Positions 1 to 9,850 of a DNA stretch of 64,000 nucleotides are shown here, in pieces. A program made the position numbers and the translations under genes. Every line of letters starts with the position of its first letter. Position 1 is the stretch's first letter. Source of the stretch: a virus (Duplodnaviria; Caudoviricetes); the IMG/VR virus record IMGVR_UViG_3300020191_000008, positions 14,341 to 78,340 of that record. The stretch is one strand, 5' to 3'. Under the pieces are notes generated by a model, which was given only the letters and a program-made list of their open reading frames with translations, was not told where the DNA came from and ran no database searches.

Positions 1-2
1 AG

Positions 3-269
3 ATGATTGATTTAATTGATCATCAGAAAAGTATCATTGAACTTACAAAGTCAGAATGCGCCAACATTGAGGTTGCTACAAACCCACAAGGATCTCAGTC
101 ATTTAACCTGCCCCAAAACTTAAGAAGACAAAAGGGACCGAATAGAGCACGTAAAGACTCTTATTCTGCTTTGATTCTAGGAAATTGGTTTGCTAAAGTG
201 TATTTTGACTCTCTTCATGTTACTCCAGAGAAAAAACCTGTTTCTACATTTATTCCATTCACAATTTGA
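3..269 (+). CDS. Terminase large subunit, C-terminal nuclease end (5' partial)
   Basis: ORF is open to the window edge. RKDSYSALILGNW resembles the last acidic motif of TerL RNase H-like domains. Lies directly upstream of the portal. Confidence 0.7.
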   Translation: MIDLIDHQKSIIELTKSECANIEVATNPQGSQSFNLPQNLRRQKGPNRARKDSYSALILGNWFAKVYFDSLHVTPEKKPVSTFIPFTI

Positions 270-298
270 AAAGTTATAAAGTAACTTTTATAACTTTA

Positions 299-304
299 GT
301 GTAA
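299..304 (+). promoter_or_regulatory. GTGTAA putative late-promoter motif (portal)
   Basis: 11 nt before ATG 316; the same motif recurs before many structural genes. Confidence 0.55.
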
Positions 305-315
305 CAATTTGTGAC

Positions 316-2277
316 ATGGCAAAACGTAAGTATACTAAGAGGTCTGAGTATTGGGAAAAATTCAAATCTAATACTCCCAATAATAATCTTGAAGAATTAA
401 CAAGACAATCTCTTGCCGAAGAGTTTTCTCCAGAATTAGTCGGAGAATCTCTTTATGAAACAACTGCTTCTAGGCTTTCTGATTCTAGTAAGCGTTCTAG
501 TTCAAGAACTAACAGTGTTACTCAGAGTTATACTAAAAACAGATTCAAGAATATTGATGATGGTTTATTGCCATTTGATTACTCCCGTGATTCAGTAGAT
601 GTACGTGATGCTATTCAGCTATGTCAGAAAGCTTACTTTAACGTACCAGCTTTCCGCAGTACTATTGATATGTTATCTGATTTCGCTGATTCTGACCTTT
701 ATCTAGAAGGCGGTTCTGATAAATCAAGGAACTTTATTAATGCTTGGTTTAAAAGAATTAAAATACACGATATTAAGTCACAATACTTCCGCGAATACTA
801 TAGGTCTGGTAATGTGTTTATGTACCGTGTAGATGGTAGGATTAAAACAAATGATACTGGTAGGGTTTTAGAGACTTATGGTGCAACTAAAAGTGTGCCT
901 ATCCCTATTAAGTATTTAATCATGAACCCTACAGATATTGCTACTAAAGGTTCTATTTCATTTAATGATTTTCAATACTTTAAAGTTCTTACTCCATATG
1001 AGATTTCTCGACTCAAAGATCCCAAAACTGATCATGAGATTGAGATGTACAACTCTTTACCAGAAGATGTTCAAGTAAGAATACAAAATAACACTGCTAC
1101 TACAACTGAGCGTTTATACATAAAATTAGCATCTGAACTACTACATGTAGTGTTTGCCAAAAAACAAGACTATGAGCCGCTTTCTGTTCCATATGCTTTC
1201 TCTGTCCTTGATGACATCAATAAGAAATTAGAACTTAAGAAAATTGACCAAGCTATTTCTCGTTCTATTGAGAATGTTGTTTTGTTAGTTACTATGGGTG
1301 CAGAGCCTGATAAGGGTGGAGTTAACCATAAAGCCCTGTCTGCTATGCAGAATATCTTTAAGAACCAAAGCGTTGGTCGTGTTCTTGTATCTGATTATAC
1401 CACAAAAGCCGATTTTATTATTCCTGATCTCCGAAAAGTAATTGGTCCAGAAAAGTATGAAATTTTAAACCGTGACATCCAAGAAGGACTTCAGAATGTT
1501 TTACTTGGGGATAACAAATACGCAGATGGACAACTTAAGATGAAGATCTTTATCCAGCGTCTTGAAGAGTCTCGTCAGCAATTTATTCGTGATTTCTTGC
1601 AGCCAGAGATCCGTCGAATTTGTAAAGCGGCTGGTATGCGTTCTTGGCCAGAGGTTAATTTTGTTAAGACTGATACTCTTGATAATTCAGACATGACCAA
1701 GCTTGCTACTCGCATGATGGAGCTTGGAGTACTCACTCCACAACAAGGAATGGAAGTTGTTCATAATGGAGTATTCCCAAAGGCAGAAGATCTAATGTCT
1801 GCCCAAGAATCTTTCAAAGAGCAGAGGGAAGAGGGTTACTACATGCCTCTTGTAAATAGCATTAATCTCTTTCAAAACGAGGAAGATTCCGAACAAGAAC
1901 CTCAAGAACAAGCTGCACCTATAGCTCCTTCTGGTGGTCGCCCCATTGGAGTATCTAATTCTAACTTCTCTAAGAAACATATTGTTGAAGCTACTAAAAT
2001 GGTTAGTGAGTTTGAATTGAGAGCTTACCGCGACTTTGCTCTTAAGTTTGGTTTAGAAGAACTTGATGAAGATCGGAAAGACTTAGTTTCTCGCGCTTGT
2101 GAATCAATCATTGTTTCTAAGCCATCAAAAGAGTGGGATGAAACACTATCTAATGTTGTGGAGAATCTAGATAACCTTTCTGAGTTAAATGTTGACCCTG
2201 AAGTTCTAGATATGGGCTCTAAGCATCAGCTTGACGATATGTCTGCTGCAATTTTATATCACTCAACTAAAATTTAA
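316..2277 (+). CDS. Portal protein
   Basis: 653 aa between TerL and the protease. Portal-like segments (AYFNVPAFRSTIDMLSDF, KQDYEPLSVPYAFSVLDDI, IEESRQQF-type helices). Confidence 0.85.
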   Translation: MAKRKYTKRSEYWEKFKSNTPNNNLEELTRQSLAEEFSPELVGESLYETTASRLSDSSKRSSSRTNSVTQSYTKNRFKNIDDGLLPFDYSRDSVDVRDAIQLCQKAYFNVPAFRSTIDMLSDFADSDLYLEGGSDKSRNFINAWFKRIKIHDIKSQYFREYYRSGNVFMYRVDGRIKTNDTGRVLETYGATKSVPIPIKYLIMNPTDIATKGSISFNDFQYFKVLTPYEISRLKDPKTDHEIEMYNSLPEDVQVRIQNNTATTTERLYIKLASELLHVVFAKKQDYEPLSVPYAFSVLDDINKKLELKKIDQAISRSIENVVLLVTMGAEPDKGGVNHKALSAMQNIFKNQSVGRVLVSDYTTKADFIIPDLRKVIGPEKYEILNRDIQEGLQNVLLGDNKYADGQLKMKIFIQRLEESRQQFIRDFLQPEIRRICKAAGMRSWPEVNFVKTDTLDNSDMTKLATRMMELGVLTPQQGMEVVHNGVFPKAEDLMSAQESFKEQREEGYYMPLVNSINLFQNEEDSEQEPQEQAAPIAPSGGRPIGVSNSNFSKKHIVEATKMVSEFELRAYRDFALKFGLEELDEDRKDLVSRACESIIVSKPSKEWDETLSNVVENLDNLSELNVDPEVLDMGSKHQLDDMSAAILYHSTKI

Positions 2278-2283
2278 GTGTAT
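2278..2283 (+). promoter_or_regulatory. GTGTAT putative late-promoter motif (protease/capsid operon)
   Basis: 8 nt before ATG 2292. Confidence 0.55.
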
Positions 2284-2291
2284 AACATTTT

Positions 2292-3815
2292 ATGGATTTA
2301 AAAGATTTTGAGGTAAGTAGCTTTGATTGTAACATTAAAGCTCTCAAACAGACTGACTACGAGAAGTTCGGAGTATCAGAAGGATCTATCGCAGAGGCAG
2401 CTAAATCTCTACTTCCAGAAGATTTTGACCCGTCACAGAATGTTGATGTTTTGCCTGTTGTCTTCAACTTAGCTTTAGTTAATGAGTTTAACAAGAACGG
2501 AGACGGTATTGATTCTGAAACAGCCGTAGCAGCAGTAAAAAGATTTATTAATAAGCCAATTAACATTGAACATAAGAAGCATAAAATTGTAGGGCATATG
2601 ATTAACGCTTCTTTCTCTGTTGATGAGTATGATTTTAAAGATAACGCTATTGAATCATACGCTGACAAAAAAGAGCCTTTTTATATTAATGCTGCTGGTT
2701 TAATTTACAAAAATATTTTTCCAGAGTTAGCAGAAGCAATTGAAGAAGCTGCCAAAGAAGAAAATGAAGAATATCAAAGTATTGCTACTAGTTGGGAACT
2801 TGCATTTAAGAACTATAAAGTCGTCTATGGATCTAATAGATTGGACGAGTGCCAAGTTGCCGAAGGTTCACAGGCAGAAGAGTTAAAGCAATATGTAAAG
2901 GGCTTTGGAGGCAAAGGTATGGACAAAGATGGAACTCCTGTACATCGATTAATTCATGGTGAAACTTATCCTTTAGGAGCGGCATTGACATATAAACCTG
3001 CTGCTAGAGTTAAAGGAGTTTATACTTCAGAACCAGAGAAAAGTGAAAACAATGTTGATAATTCTTTAGCAGAACAAGATAATATTAATATTAAAAATTC
3101 CCTAAACAATAAAAACACTGTAACAACAAACAAATTCGATATTTTTGATATGGATAAAGAACAATTCGAAACATTAATGACACAAGTTGCAGAAAGCGTA
3201 GCTTCCGTTGTCAAGAAGGACGATCAAGCCAGCTCCGTTGGCGAGATTATGCGTGATGCTCTTACTGAGCATTCCGAAAACTGGAAATCTAAAGTTCAAC
3301 TTGAAGCAGAAGCCCGTGAAAAGGCTGAAGCAGATCTTGCTGAAATGAAAGCTTCTTTTGAAGCTGTTCAGTCAGAACTCACTTCTCTCAAATCTGAGAT
3401 CGAAGCTCAAGCTGCTGTTGAGTTATTTAACTCTCGCATGAACTTTATCGACTCCACTTACGAACTTACTGAGGCAGAGCTTCAGTTAGTCGTAGATGAG
3501 TTAAAGGTTGTTGAGGCTTCTGAGGAAGCTTTTGATGCCTTTAAAGGGAAACTTTCTATTCTTTTTGCAAGCAAGACCAAAGAGGCCATTGCTGCTCAAG
3601 AAGAGGCTGTTAAAGCTAAAATCGAAGAAGCTATTGCTTCCAAGATGGCTGAAGAGGCTACTGAAGAGCAAGAAGAAGTTAAGGCTAGTGAAGATGAGCT
3701 GGAAGTTGAAGAGGTTGAAGCCCCTTCTATTCCTAACAACAACGCTGAGGCCTCAGAACAAATCTCTTTAGTTGAAAAACTAAAAGAAAACTTCTCTGTT
3801 GAAGTTACTAAATAA
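2292..3815 (+). CDS. Prohead maturation protease fused to acidic coiled-coil scaffold
   Basis: N-terminal NIEHKKHKIVGH and ATSWEL motifs fit the His/Ser of HK97/herpes-type proteases. C-terminal half is Glu/Ala-rich coiled coil. Position between portal and capsid. Confidence 0.8.
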   Translation: MDLKDFEVSSFDCNIKALKQTDYEKFGVSEGSIAEAAKSLLPEDFDPSQNVDVLPVVFNLALVNEFNKNGDGIDSETAVAAVKRFINKPINIEHKKHKIVGHMINASFSVDEYDFKDNAIESYADKKEPFYINAAGLIYKNIFPELAEAIEEAAKEENEEYQSIATSWELAFKNYKVVYGSNRLDECQVAEGSQAEELKQYVKGFGGKGMDKDGTPVHRLIHGETYPLGAALTYKPAARVKGVYTSEPEKSENNVDNSLAEQDNINIKNSLNNKNTVTTNKFDIFDMDKEQFETLMTQVAESVASVVKKDDQASSVGEIMRDALTEHSENWKSKVQLEAEAREKAEADLAEMKASFEAVQSELTSLKSEIEAQAAVELFNSRMNFIDSTYELTEAELQLVVDELKVVEASEEAFDAFKGKLSILFASKTKEAIAAQEEAVKAKIEEAIASKMAEEATEEQEEVKASEDELEVEEVEAPSIPNNNAEASEQISLVEKLKENFSVEVTK

Positions 3816-3838
3816 AAATCTAATTACAAATAAATATT

Positions 3839-4417
3839 ATGGCTAATGAAATTACTAACTTGTTGCCTTTCCGTCAATATGATGACAACGATGTTGTCAA
3901 CATGTTCGCTATGGAAGGTACAAATAAAGGGGCAGGACTTATTGTTAAAGTCTCTGCCGCCAACCTTAACGAAGATCTTGTTGATCTCGTCGATGGTGGA
4001 GGCGAATTCCTGACTTCTCAGGGTAACGCTTATTCTCCACTTTCTGTTAACCCACTTCGTGTGGAAGCTGCTGGATCTGGAGATTCTGCTCTTGGAATTC
4101 TTCTTCGTGACGTTCGTGACACTGACGAAAACGGTGAGAAACTTCGTTTCTACCCACAAAAGAAAGAAGAGCTTCAGTGCGTTCTTTCTGGAGAGTCCGT
4201 CCCTGTTGCAACCAAAGGTATCTTCACTTTCATGGATGATGCATTTACTGGTTCTGTTGTTCCTGCTGTTGGAACTGACGTTTATGGGCACGCTGGTGGA
4301 AAACTTGGTGTTGCTGGTGGTACTGCTGTTAAAGTCGGTCAAGTCCTTGCAACTGGAACTCGTGCTGCTGGTGATACTCACGCAGGAGACTACGCAATCG
4401 TTAACATCAACCTCTAA
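3839..4417 (+). CDS. Head decoration/cement protein
   Basis: 192 aa, Gly/Ala/Val-rich beta protein immediately upstream of the MCP, sharing its strong codon bias. Confidence 0.6.
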   Translation: MANEITNLLPFRQYDDNDVVNMFAMEGTNKGAGLIVKVSAANLNEDLVDLVDGGGEFLTSQGNAYSPLSVNPLRVEAAGSGDSALGILLRDVRDTDENGEKLRFYPQKKEELQCVLSGESVPVATKGIFTFMDDAFTGSVVPAVGTDVYGHAGGKLGVAGGTAVKVGQVLATGTRAAGDTHAGDYAIVNINL

Positions 4418-4432
4418 TTTTACTCACAGATT

Positions 4433-5548
4433 ATGAAAATTACTATTAAAAGAACTGAAGATCAGTTAGCCCTTGTTCGCGCAATGGGTTCGAATAATCG
4501 TGAGGAGGCTTACGAAGCACAGGCAGCTGTTGCAGAACTTCTTGGACCTGTGGTCACTGAAGTTATCAACAACGCTGTGACTGTTGGAAATCTTTTCACC
4601 ACCCTGACTTATCAGGCTGATGATAATCCATCTCTTCCTCTTGACCTTTTCCACGATGTTACTGAAGAAGATTATGTACAGGTTTATTCCCAGCAAGTCG
4701 CTGGTGGACTTCCTTACAACCAAGTCTTCCCAGCTCATAACGAGCTGAAGTTTAGCACTTACACTCTCGACAGCGCACTCGCTTTCGACCGTAAGTATGC
4801 TAAGAAGGCTCGCGTTGATGTGGTTTCCAAGACCTTTACTCGTATGGCTCAAGAGGTTATGCTCAAGCAGGAGCGCACTGCGTTCAACGTGCTTGCTACC
4901 GCTCTCGTTGGTGGAGATAGCCTCACTGCTACCGAAGGAGATCATATTATCTCTGCCGCAGGATCGACTCTGCTTCTTGATGACTTGAATCAGTTGATCA
5001 CTACCTCTAAGCGTATCAACAGCTCTTTCGTTGGTGGTACTCCAGTTGGTGGTTCTAAAGTTGGTGTGACTGATTTGCTTGTTTCTCCTGAAGCAGTTGC
5101 AGACATTCGCGCCATGGCTTACAACCCAATCAACACCACGAAAGCTCTTGGTGGAACTATCTCTACCGATGCTGCTTCTAATGGACTTGCTGCTCCAGAA
5201 GATCTTCGCTCTCAGCTTTATAGCGGTGCTGGTCTTCCAAGCTTCTATGGTATCAATATCATTGAAGTTCTTGAAATGGGTAGTGGACAGCGTTTCAATA
5301 AGATCTTTGATGCTGTTAAGGGTAGCGTGAGCTTCACTGAAGCTTCTGATCAGATCCTTATCGGTATCGACCGTTCTCGTGACGCTCTTATCCGTCCTGT
5401 TGTTCTTGACGAAGGTTCAACTGGTGAACTCAACGTTCTCGTTGACGACCAGTTCTCTGTCCGTCAGAATAAGATTGGTTACTATGGTAAAGTTGAAGAG
5501 GGTCGCGTCTGTATTGACGACCGCGCTCTTTGCGGAATCATCCTCTAA
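4433..5548 (+). CDS. Major capsid protein (HK97 fold)
   Basis: 371 aa, strongly biased codons, C-terminal QNKIGYYGKVEEGRVCIDDRALCGIIL typical of HK97-fold ends, followed by a strong terminator. Confidence 0.88.
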   Translation: MKITIKRTEDQLALVRAMGSNNREEAYEAQAAVAELLGPVVTEVINNAVTVGNLFTTLTYQADDNPSLPLDLFHDVTEEDYVQVYSQQVAGGLPYNQVFPAHNELKFSTYTLDSALAFDRKYAKKARVDVVSKTFTRMAQEVMLKQERTAFNVLATALVGGDSLTATEGDHIISAAGSTLLLDDLNQLITTSKRINSSFVGGTPVGGSKVGVTDLLVSPEAVADIRAMAYNPINTTKALGGTISTDAASNGLAAPEDLRSQLYSGAGLPSFYGINIIEVLEMGSGQRFNKIFDAVKGSVSFTEASDQILIGIDRSRDALIRPVVLDEGSTGELNVLVDDQFSVRQNKIGYYGKVEEGRVCIDDRALCGIIL

Positions 5549-5568
5549 TAGAGGTTTCCTAAATTTAG

Positions 5569-5599
5569 GAGTCGCCCTACGGGGCGGCTCTTTTTTTTT
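5569..5599 (+). terminator. Rho-independent terminator after MCP
   Basis: GAGTCGCCC-TACG-GGGCGGCTC stem with a C(UACG)G tetraloop, then T9. Confidence 0.9.
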
Positions 5600-5609
5600 G
5601 ATTTTTTTA

Positions 5610-5615
5610 GTGTAA
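5610..5615 (+). promoter_or_regulatory. GTGTAA putative late-promoter motif
   Basis: Directly after the terminator, 16 nt before ATG 5632. Confidence 0.55.
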
Positions 5616-5631
5616 TAGTTTATTATAAGTT

Positions 5632-6003
5632 ATGGCAGATCAAGAAAACCTACAAGGGTTCCATTTTGCTGATGGAAAAAATCACGAAGACAAAGGCGAA
5701 AGAATTGAAAAAGCTAGGGAGCTTGAAGATCTACTAGGGATTAAAGATATGAACCCCTACAAAACTTTAGATAAAGAAATATTTGCTGAAACTTTAGCTT
5801 CTATGTCTATTTCTCAGATGACTGAGTTAGCTCAAAGGGTTGGAATTTCAGGAATGGAAATGGGGTCTAAACCTTCTTTGAAAAAGGCATTAGAGAAATC
5901 TTTTGATATTTATTTGAGGCAGCACAATGTTTCTGTTGCTGGATCACCTAAACCAGTAATCTCTACTGAAGACCCAGAAGTTAAGAAGCTGTTTGAGCTA
6001 TAG
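5632..6003 (+). CDS. Head-module protein with Rho-N/HeH-like helix-extension-helix motif
   Basis: LASMSISQMTELAQRVGISGMEMGSKPSLKKAL resembles Rho N-terminal/HeH motifs. Confidence 0.45.
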   Translation: MADQENLQGFHFADGKNHEDKGERIEKARELEDLLGIKDMNPYKTLDKEIFAETLASMSISQMTELAQRVGISGMEMGSKPSLKKALEKSFDIYLRQHNVSVAGSPKPVISTEDPEVKKLFEL

Positions 6004-6040
6004 AGTTCCCTAAATGCTTGTTTTGCTGTAAGATTATTTA

Positions 6041-6562
6041 ATGAATGATCTTGGCTCACTAGCAACAAAAATAGTCAATTACGAATTTTCAGAAGATAGA
6101 CAGAGGTTTCCTGTGTCTTATGTTTCTGGTTGGCTTGAGACCAACATTGGAGAACTTAATGGCCTCACCAATGAAGAATTTTATGTTAATGATACTGGTG
6201 CTATAGAAATTGCTACAGGATCAGGTTTATTACCAATTGAAGAAAATATTCTTTCCACACTATATCAGATTCACTACTATGAGAAAGCAGCTAGGGATTC
6301 TCTGCGTGGATTTACTTATGGGGGAGATACTGACTGGATTACCCTCAAAGAAGGTGATACTACTATTCAGAGACAAAACAAAAACTCCGTTGCTAAAACA
6401 TATAGAGATTTAAAGGTTGATGCTACTGATAGGCTAAATGATTTGGTAGGACGTTATAACCAATACAAGTCTTCTCCATTGCAGGTATTTGGTCGAGATG
6501 GAATTGAGCCAATTGACAGCATTGATTCTTATCAACCTACAAGCTCTTATAGATCATACTAA
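6041..6562 (+). CDS. Head-tail adaptor (neck 1)
   Basis: 173 aa, helical N-terminus plus a beta hairpin (WITLKEGDTTIQR); canonical position after the MCP. Confidence 0.55.
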   Translation: MNDLGSLATKIVNYEFSEDRQRFPVSYVSGWLETNIGELNGLTNEEFYVNDTGAIEIATGSGLLPIEENILSTLYQIHYYEKAARDSLRGFTYGGDTDWITLKEGDTTIQRQNKNSVAKTYRDLKVDATDRLNDLVGRYNQYKSSPLQVFGRDGIEPIDSIDSYQPTSSYRSY

Positions 6563-7011
6563 TGGCTTCACTACTTACATCTGCTCAAAAGTCAGCAATA
6601 CAAAGTGCATTAAGCGAAGTACACGATACTTTTGCCAGAGACATTTATGTCTACATAGAAAAGAAGGTTACTACGAGACCTGCTAATTTGAACTACAATC
6701 CATTGTACGGCAGGACTAAGGATGATTCTAAGTTGAGTTCGCAAACTACGCTAGTCAAGCACACAGTGCAAGCTAGGGTCAGCTACGCGCCAAATCAGGG
6801 CGAGTCTATTATAGACGCTGGGGCACAATTTAATTTAACCGCTTCTCATGGTAAAGTGAGAATAAAAGTTGATTCAGATGGTTACGAAAAAGTAAAAGAT
6901 TCTACTAGGATTGAAATTGATGACAATTTATTTATTGTAGATACTGACGCAAAAAATGTGGGGCCATTCTCGACTCAATACTATACTGTATTCCTTAAAA
7001 GAGAAAACTAA
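6562..7011 (+). CDS. Head closure protein (neck 2)
   Basis: 149 aa, beta-rich; NYNPLYG and RIEIDDNLFIV segments; translationally coupled to its neighbours. Confidence 0.55.
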   Translation: MASLLTSAQKSAIQSALSEVHDTFARDIYVYIEKKVTTRPANLNYNPLYGRTKDDSKLSSQTTLVKHTVQARVSYAPNQGESIIDAGAQFNLTASHGKVRIKVDSDGYEKVKDSTRIEIDDNLFIVDTDAKNVGPFSTQYYTVFLKREN

Positions 7012-7655
7012 TGGCTAAACCGTTTATATCTGCGACTAAATTTAAAGTTACTGTAAATCAAGCTGATCTCCTTCAAGAGATCACTGCTGGTAGAAATGGT
7101 AAGGTTACTGGACGAGAAATAAGAAAGTATGTTTTGCCAATTATTGAAGAAGCTCAAGAAAAATTAATTAAAGATTTTTACAATCATTCTGTTACTAAGG
7201 AGATAAAAGCTGGGCCGACTGCTTCTAACAGCTCTGGCACTTTGAATGGTTATGGTAACCTTTTTTCATTTATTGGTTTTAATAAAGGAGAAGACCCAAT
7301 AGCAGCAATTGGCAAAGTTATAAGACAAAAGCTTTTAGTAACAGTTAGGGCAATCTCTAATGGAAGGTTTAGAATATCTATAGCTAACCCCCCTTCCAAA
7401 GAGGAGTTTTTTAGCGTATCCCAAATACCTTGGGCAAGTGGTTCTAGCTGGGCAGAAGGAATAGAAAAGGGAATGTCTAATTTGGGCTCCTTCTTATATA
7501 AAGAACGTGGAATTCGCGGTTCTTCTGCTGGTTCTTTCTCTAGATCAGGCACTGGTATTCAGATCAAAAATAATTTAAGGGCTGCTAGCTTCAGGACTCA
7601 GCCTTACATATCTAAATTAGTAGATAAGTTCTATAAAGATGTTACAAAATTTTAA
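7011..7655 (+). CDS. Neck/tail completion protein (HK97 gp10-like position)
   Basis: Basic 214-aa protein with IPWASGSSWAEGIEKG and FRTQPYISK motifs; synteny. Confidence 0.45.
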   Translation: MAKPFISATKFKVTVNQADLLQEITAGRNGKVTGREIRKYVLPIIEEAQEKLIKDFYNHSVTKEIKAGPTASNSSGTLNGYGNLFSFIGFNKGEDPIAAIGKVIRQKLLVTVRAISNGRFRISIANPPSKEEFFSVSQIPWASGSSWAEGIEKGMSNLGSFLYKERGIRGSSAGSFSRSGTGIQIKNNLRAASFRTQPYISKLVDKFYKDVTKF

Positions 7656-7658
7656 AAA

Positions 7659-8537
7659 ATGAAAGCTCAATTTGATCAAAATTTATTGTCTAGTTTTTAC
7701 TTGTGGTTAGAGAATCGTTTGTTAAAATCTGACACAAAAGCTTATCTTACGGGATTAGAAAATAATTTTCGTTATGTGGATTTCGATGACATTCCTACTG
7801 ATATGGTTGGGTATCAGGGGGAATATCGACAGCTTGTAGCTGATTATGACGTTGATGTGGTTAATTCTGGTTTTTTTGTTGGAAATGCTTTTATTACAGG
7901 AGATTCTAGCGCTAACGGAAGCGTATATACAGATTACAATAATGGCCGCATCTTATTCCCTTCGGCTTCTGGGACTGGGTTGAGCGTTTCTGGCACGTAT
8001 TCAGTAAAGGAGGTTAATACTTATATTTCTCATGATGATGATCTAGAATTTTTGGTACACTCTGATTTTATTGAGAATGGTCAAGATTCTCCTTATTTTT
8101 ACAATGAAACTGGAATTCTTGATAAAGGATCTTATTTCCTTCCAGCCTGTTTTATTTCCCTAGCTTCTTCTGAGAATGAAGAGTTTTCATTTGGTGGAGA
8201 AGAAAATACTCAAAGTAGAGTCCGTGTTATGGTTCTCACAAAAGATTCTTATATTTTAGACTCTGTGATTTCTAGACTTAGAGATACCGTAAGGGAAAAG
8301 GTGACTCATGTTCCTTATGAGGATTTTCCATACGCTTATTCTTATTCTGTTAAGGATTTCCCTTATACTTATACTGGTATTGTGGGAGATCAAGGAGATA
8401 GTCCATTATGTTCTTATATTGATCGCGTTACTGCTTCTAAGGTTGTTTCTGAAGCTTTGCGGGAAAAACTCAATAAAGATTTCTCTATAGCATTCTTAGA
8501 TTTTGATTTATCGACATATCGTTTCCCAAGATTATGA
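7659..8537 (+). CDS. Tail terminator/completion protein
   Basis: Immediately upstream of the tail tube gene; LPACFISL...RVRVMVLT...LDFDL pattern typical of tail terminators. Confidence 0.5.
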   Translation: MKAQFDQNLLSSFYLWLENRLLKSDTKAYLTGLENNFRYVDFDDIPTDMVGYQGEYRQLVADYDVDVVNSGFFVGNAFITGDSSANGSVYTDYNNGRILFPSASGTGLSVSGTYSVKEVNTYISHDDDLEFLVHSDFIENGQDSPYFYNETGILDKGSYFLPACFISLASSENEEFSFGGEENTQSRVRVMVLTKDSYILDSVISRLRDTVREKVTHVPYEDFPYAYSYSVKDFPYTYTGIVGDQGDSPLCSYIDRVTASKVVSEALREKLNKDFSIAFLDFDLSTYRFPRL

Positions 8538-8541
8538 TCTA

Positions 8542-8547
8542 GTGTAT
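8542..8547 (+). promoter_or_regulatory. GTGTAT putative late-promoter motif (tail tube)
   Basis: In the 34-nt gap, 24 nt before ATG 8572. Confidence 0.5.
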
Positions 8548-8571
8548 TTAATGTAAACCTTTTAATTTAAT

Positions 8572-9792
8572 ATGGCTTCAAGAACAAGAGTAATTTCACA
8601 GAATAAAGCAGTATATGTTACACCCACTGGTTGGGATATTACTGGTACAGGTGGTAAGTATAAAATGGTAAGTGGTCATCAACTACACAGGGTTGATACT
8701 TTATCATTTGATATGGATTTGGCTGGCGCTCGTCAAGATGTTAGAGAATTTGGACAATTAGCAAGAATCGGAACTGTTTCTCTTACTGAGATTAACCCTA
8801 CTCTTAGTTTCGGTTATTTTTTAGGGGACGGAGAAAATGAGTTAGCCCTTGGATTTACCAAATCAAAGACTGGAGTAGGTGGTTTTACTGGCCAAATGGC
8901 TTCTGGTATGTTGGTCGAAGATCCAATTCTTTCAGAAAGAAATGTTTTTGTCCTAACTGCTACAGAAGGAGGAGATGCCTTTAACTCGGATGTTTACGAA
9001 ACTGAGGCAGAAAGTCATGATGTAGTAGGATTTGGAAACTGCTTTGTTAGTAGTTATTCTGCGAACTTTAATGTTGGAGAAATCCCACGAGCCGACATTG
9101 AAATGCAAGCTTCTAATATTGTTTTTTGGACAGGGATGCATTCTGGTTTGTATAGTCCTTCCCTAAACTTAGAAGGCGAAAGAGACTTCACTGGCGTTGT
9201 TAAACTCCCAGCTCCTGATACTGGGAGCATGGACACTCTTGTTCTTAGGCCCCAAGACGTTTCTATTTCCTTCTCTAAGCAAGGCATGATTACGGGTGAT
9301 GGATCAATTAAAGGTATTGGAGGAACTACTAGTTTCAACGATCTTCCCGTTCAAACCGCTTCTGTTGAGCTCCCATTAGCCCGTGAAGTTATTGAGTCTC
9401 TTGGTAACGAACTTGCTTACGCAAAACTTCTTGAGTTCCCAATTGATGTTACCTTGAGTGTTAGCGCGTTAGTACGTGAGTTTGGGGCTGGAGCACTTGA
9501 ATATGCTCTCACTGGAACAGCTGGAAATATTGAGACTAATGTTACCTTGAATGTAACAAATGGATCTTCTACTAGGATGAAGTATGAGCTCAAAAAAGCG
9601 GTTTTAGATAATCAGTCTTTCTCTCAGGGATTAGATGATAACGAAACAGTTGATCTCACTTTCTCCGCTCAAATCGGAGGAGCTACTACAGATGATCAAG
9701 GAATATTCTTATTCAACAAGGACAGTGTAAACGCCCCTCCTTTCAATGTTGTAAGCGGTGAAGCTCATGCTAATCAACCGATTTCAGTATAA
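8572..9792 (+). CDS. Major tail tube protein with internally duplicated tube domain
   Basis: 406 aa, beta-rich, followed by a terminator. Two similar halves (VDTLSFDMDLAGARQDVREFGQ vs VQTASVELPLAREVIESLGN). No sheath gene nearby. Confidence 0.75.
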   Translation: MASRTRVISQNKAVYVTPTGWDITGTGGKYKMVSGHQLHRVDTLSFDMDLAGARQDVREFGQLARIGTVSLTEINPTLSFGYFLGDGENELALGFTKSKTGVGGFTGQMASGMLVEDPILSERNVFVLTATEGGDAFNSDVYETEAESHDVVGFGNCFVSSYSANFNVGEIPRADIEMQASNIVFWTGMHSGLYSPSLNLEGERDFTGVVKLPAPDTGSMDTLVLRPQDVSISFSKQGMITGDGSIKGIGGTTSFNDLPVQTASVELPLAREVIESLGNELAYAKLLEFPIDVTLSVSALVREFGAGALEYALTGTAGNIETNVTLNVTNGSSTRMKYELKKAVLDNQSFSQGLDDNETVDLTFSAQIGGATTDDQGIFLFNKDSVNAPPFNVVSGEAHANQPISV

Positions 9793-9815
9793 GTTGTAAA
9801 TAAATTCAAATAAAC

Positions 9816-9850
9816 AAACAAGCCTCATCGTAAGATGGGGCTTGTTTTTT
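9816..9850 (+). terminator. Rho-independent terminator after tail tube gene
   Basis: AAACAAGCCTCATC-GTAA-GATGGGGCTTGTTT with a GNRA loop and a T tract. Confidence 0.88.

Noticed and set aside
3508-5615. Long alternative-frame and antisense ORFs over the capsid genes (e.g. 3824-4381, 4059-4436, 4466-4945)
   Set aside because: These are shadow ORFs produced by strong codon bias in highly expressed genes. They have no motifs or initiation context. The same applies to most other nested ORFs in the track.
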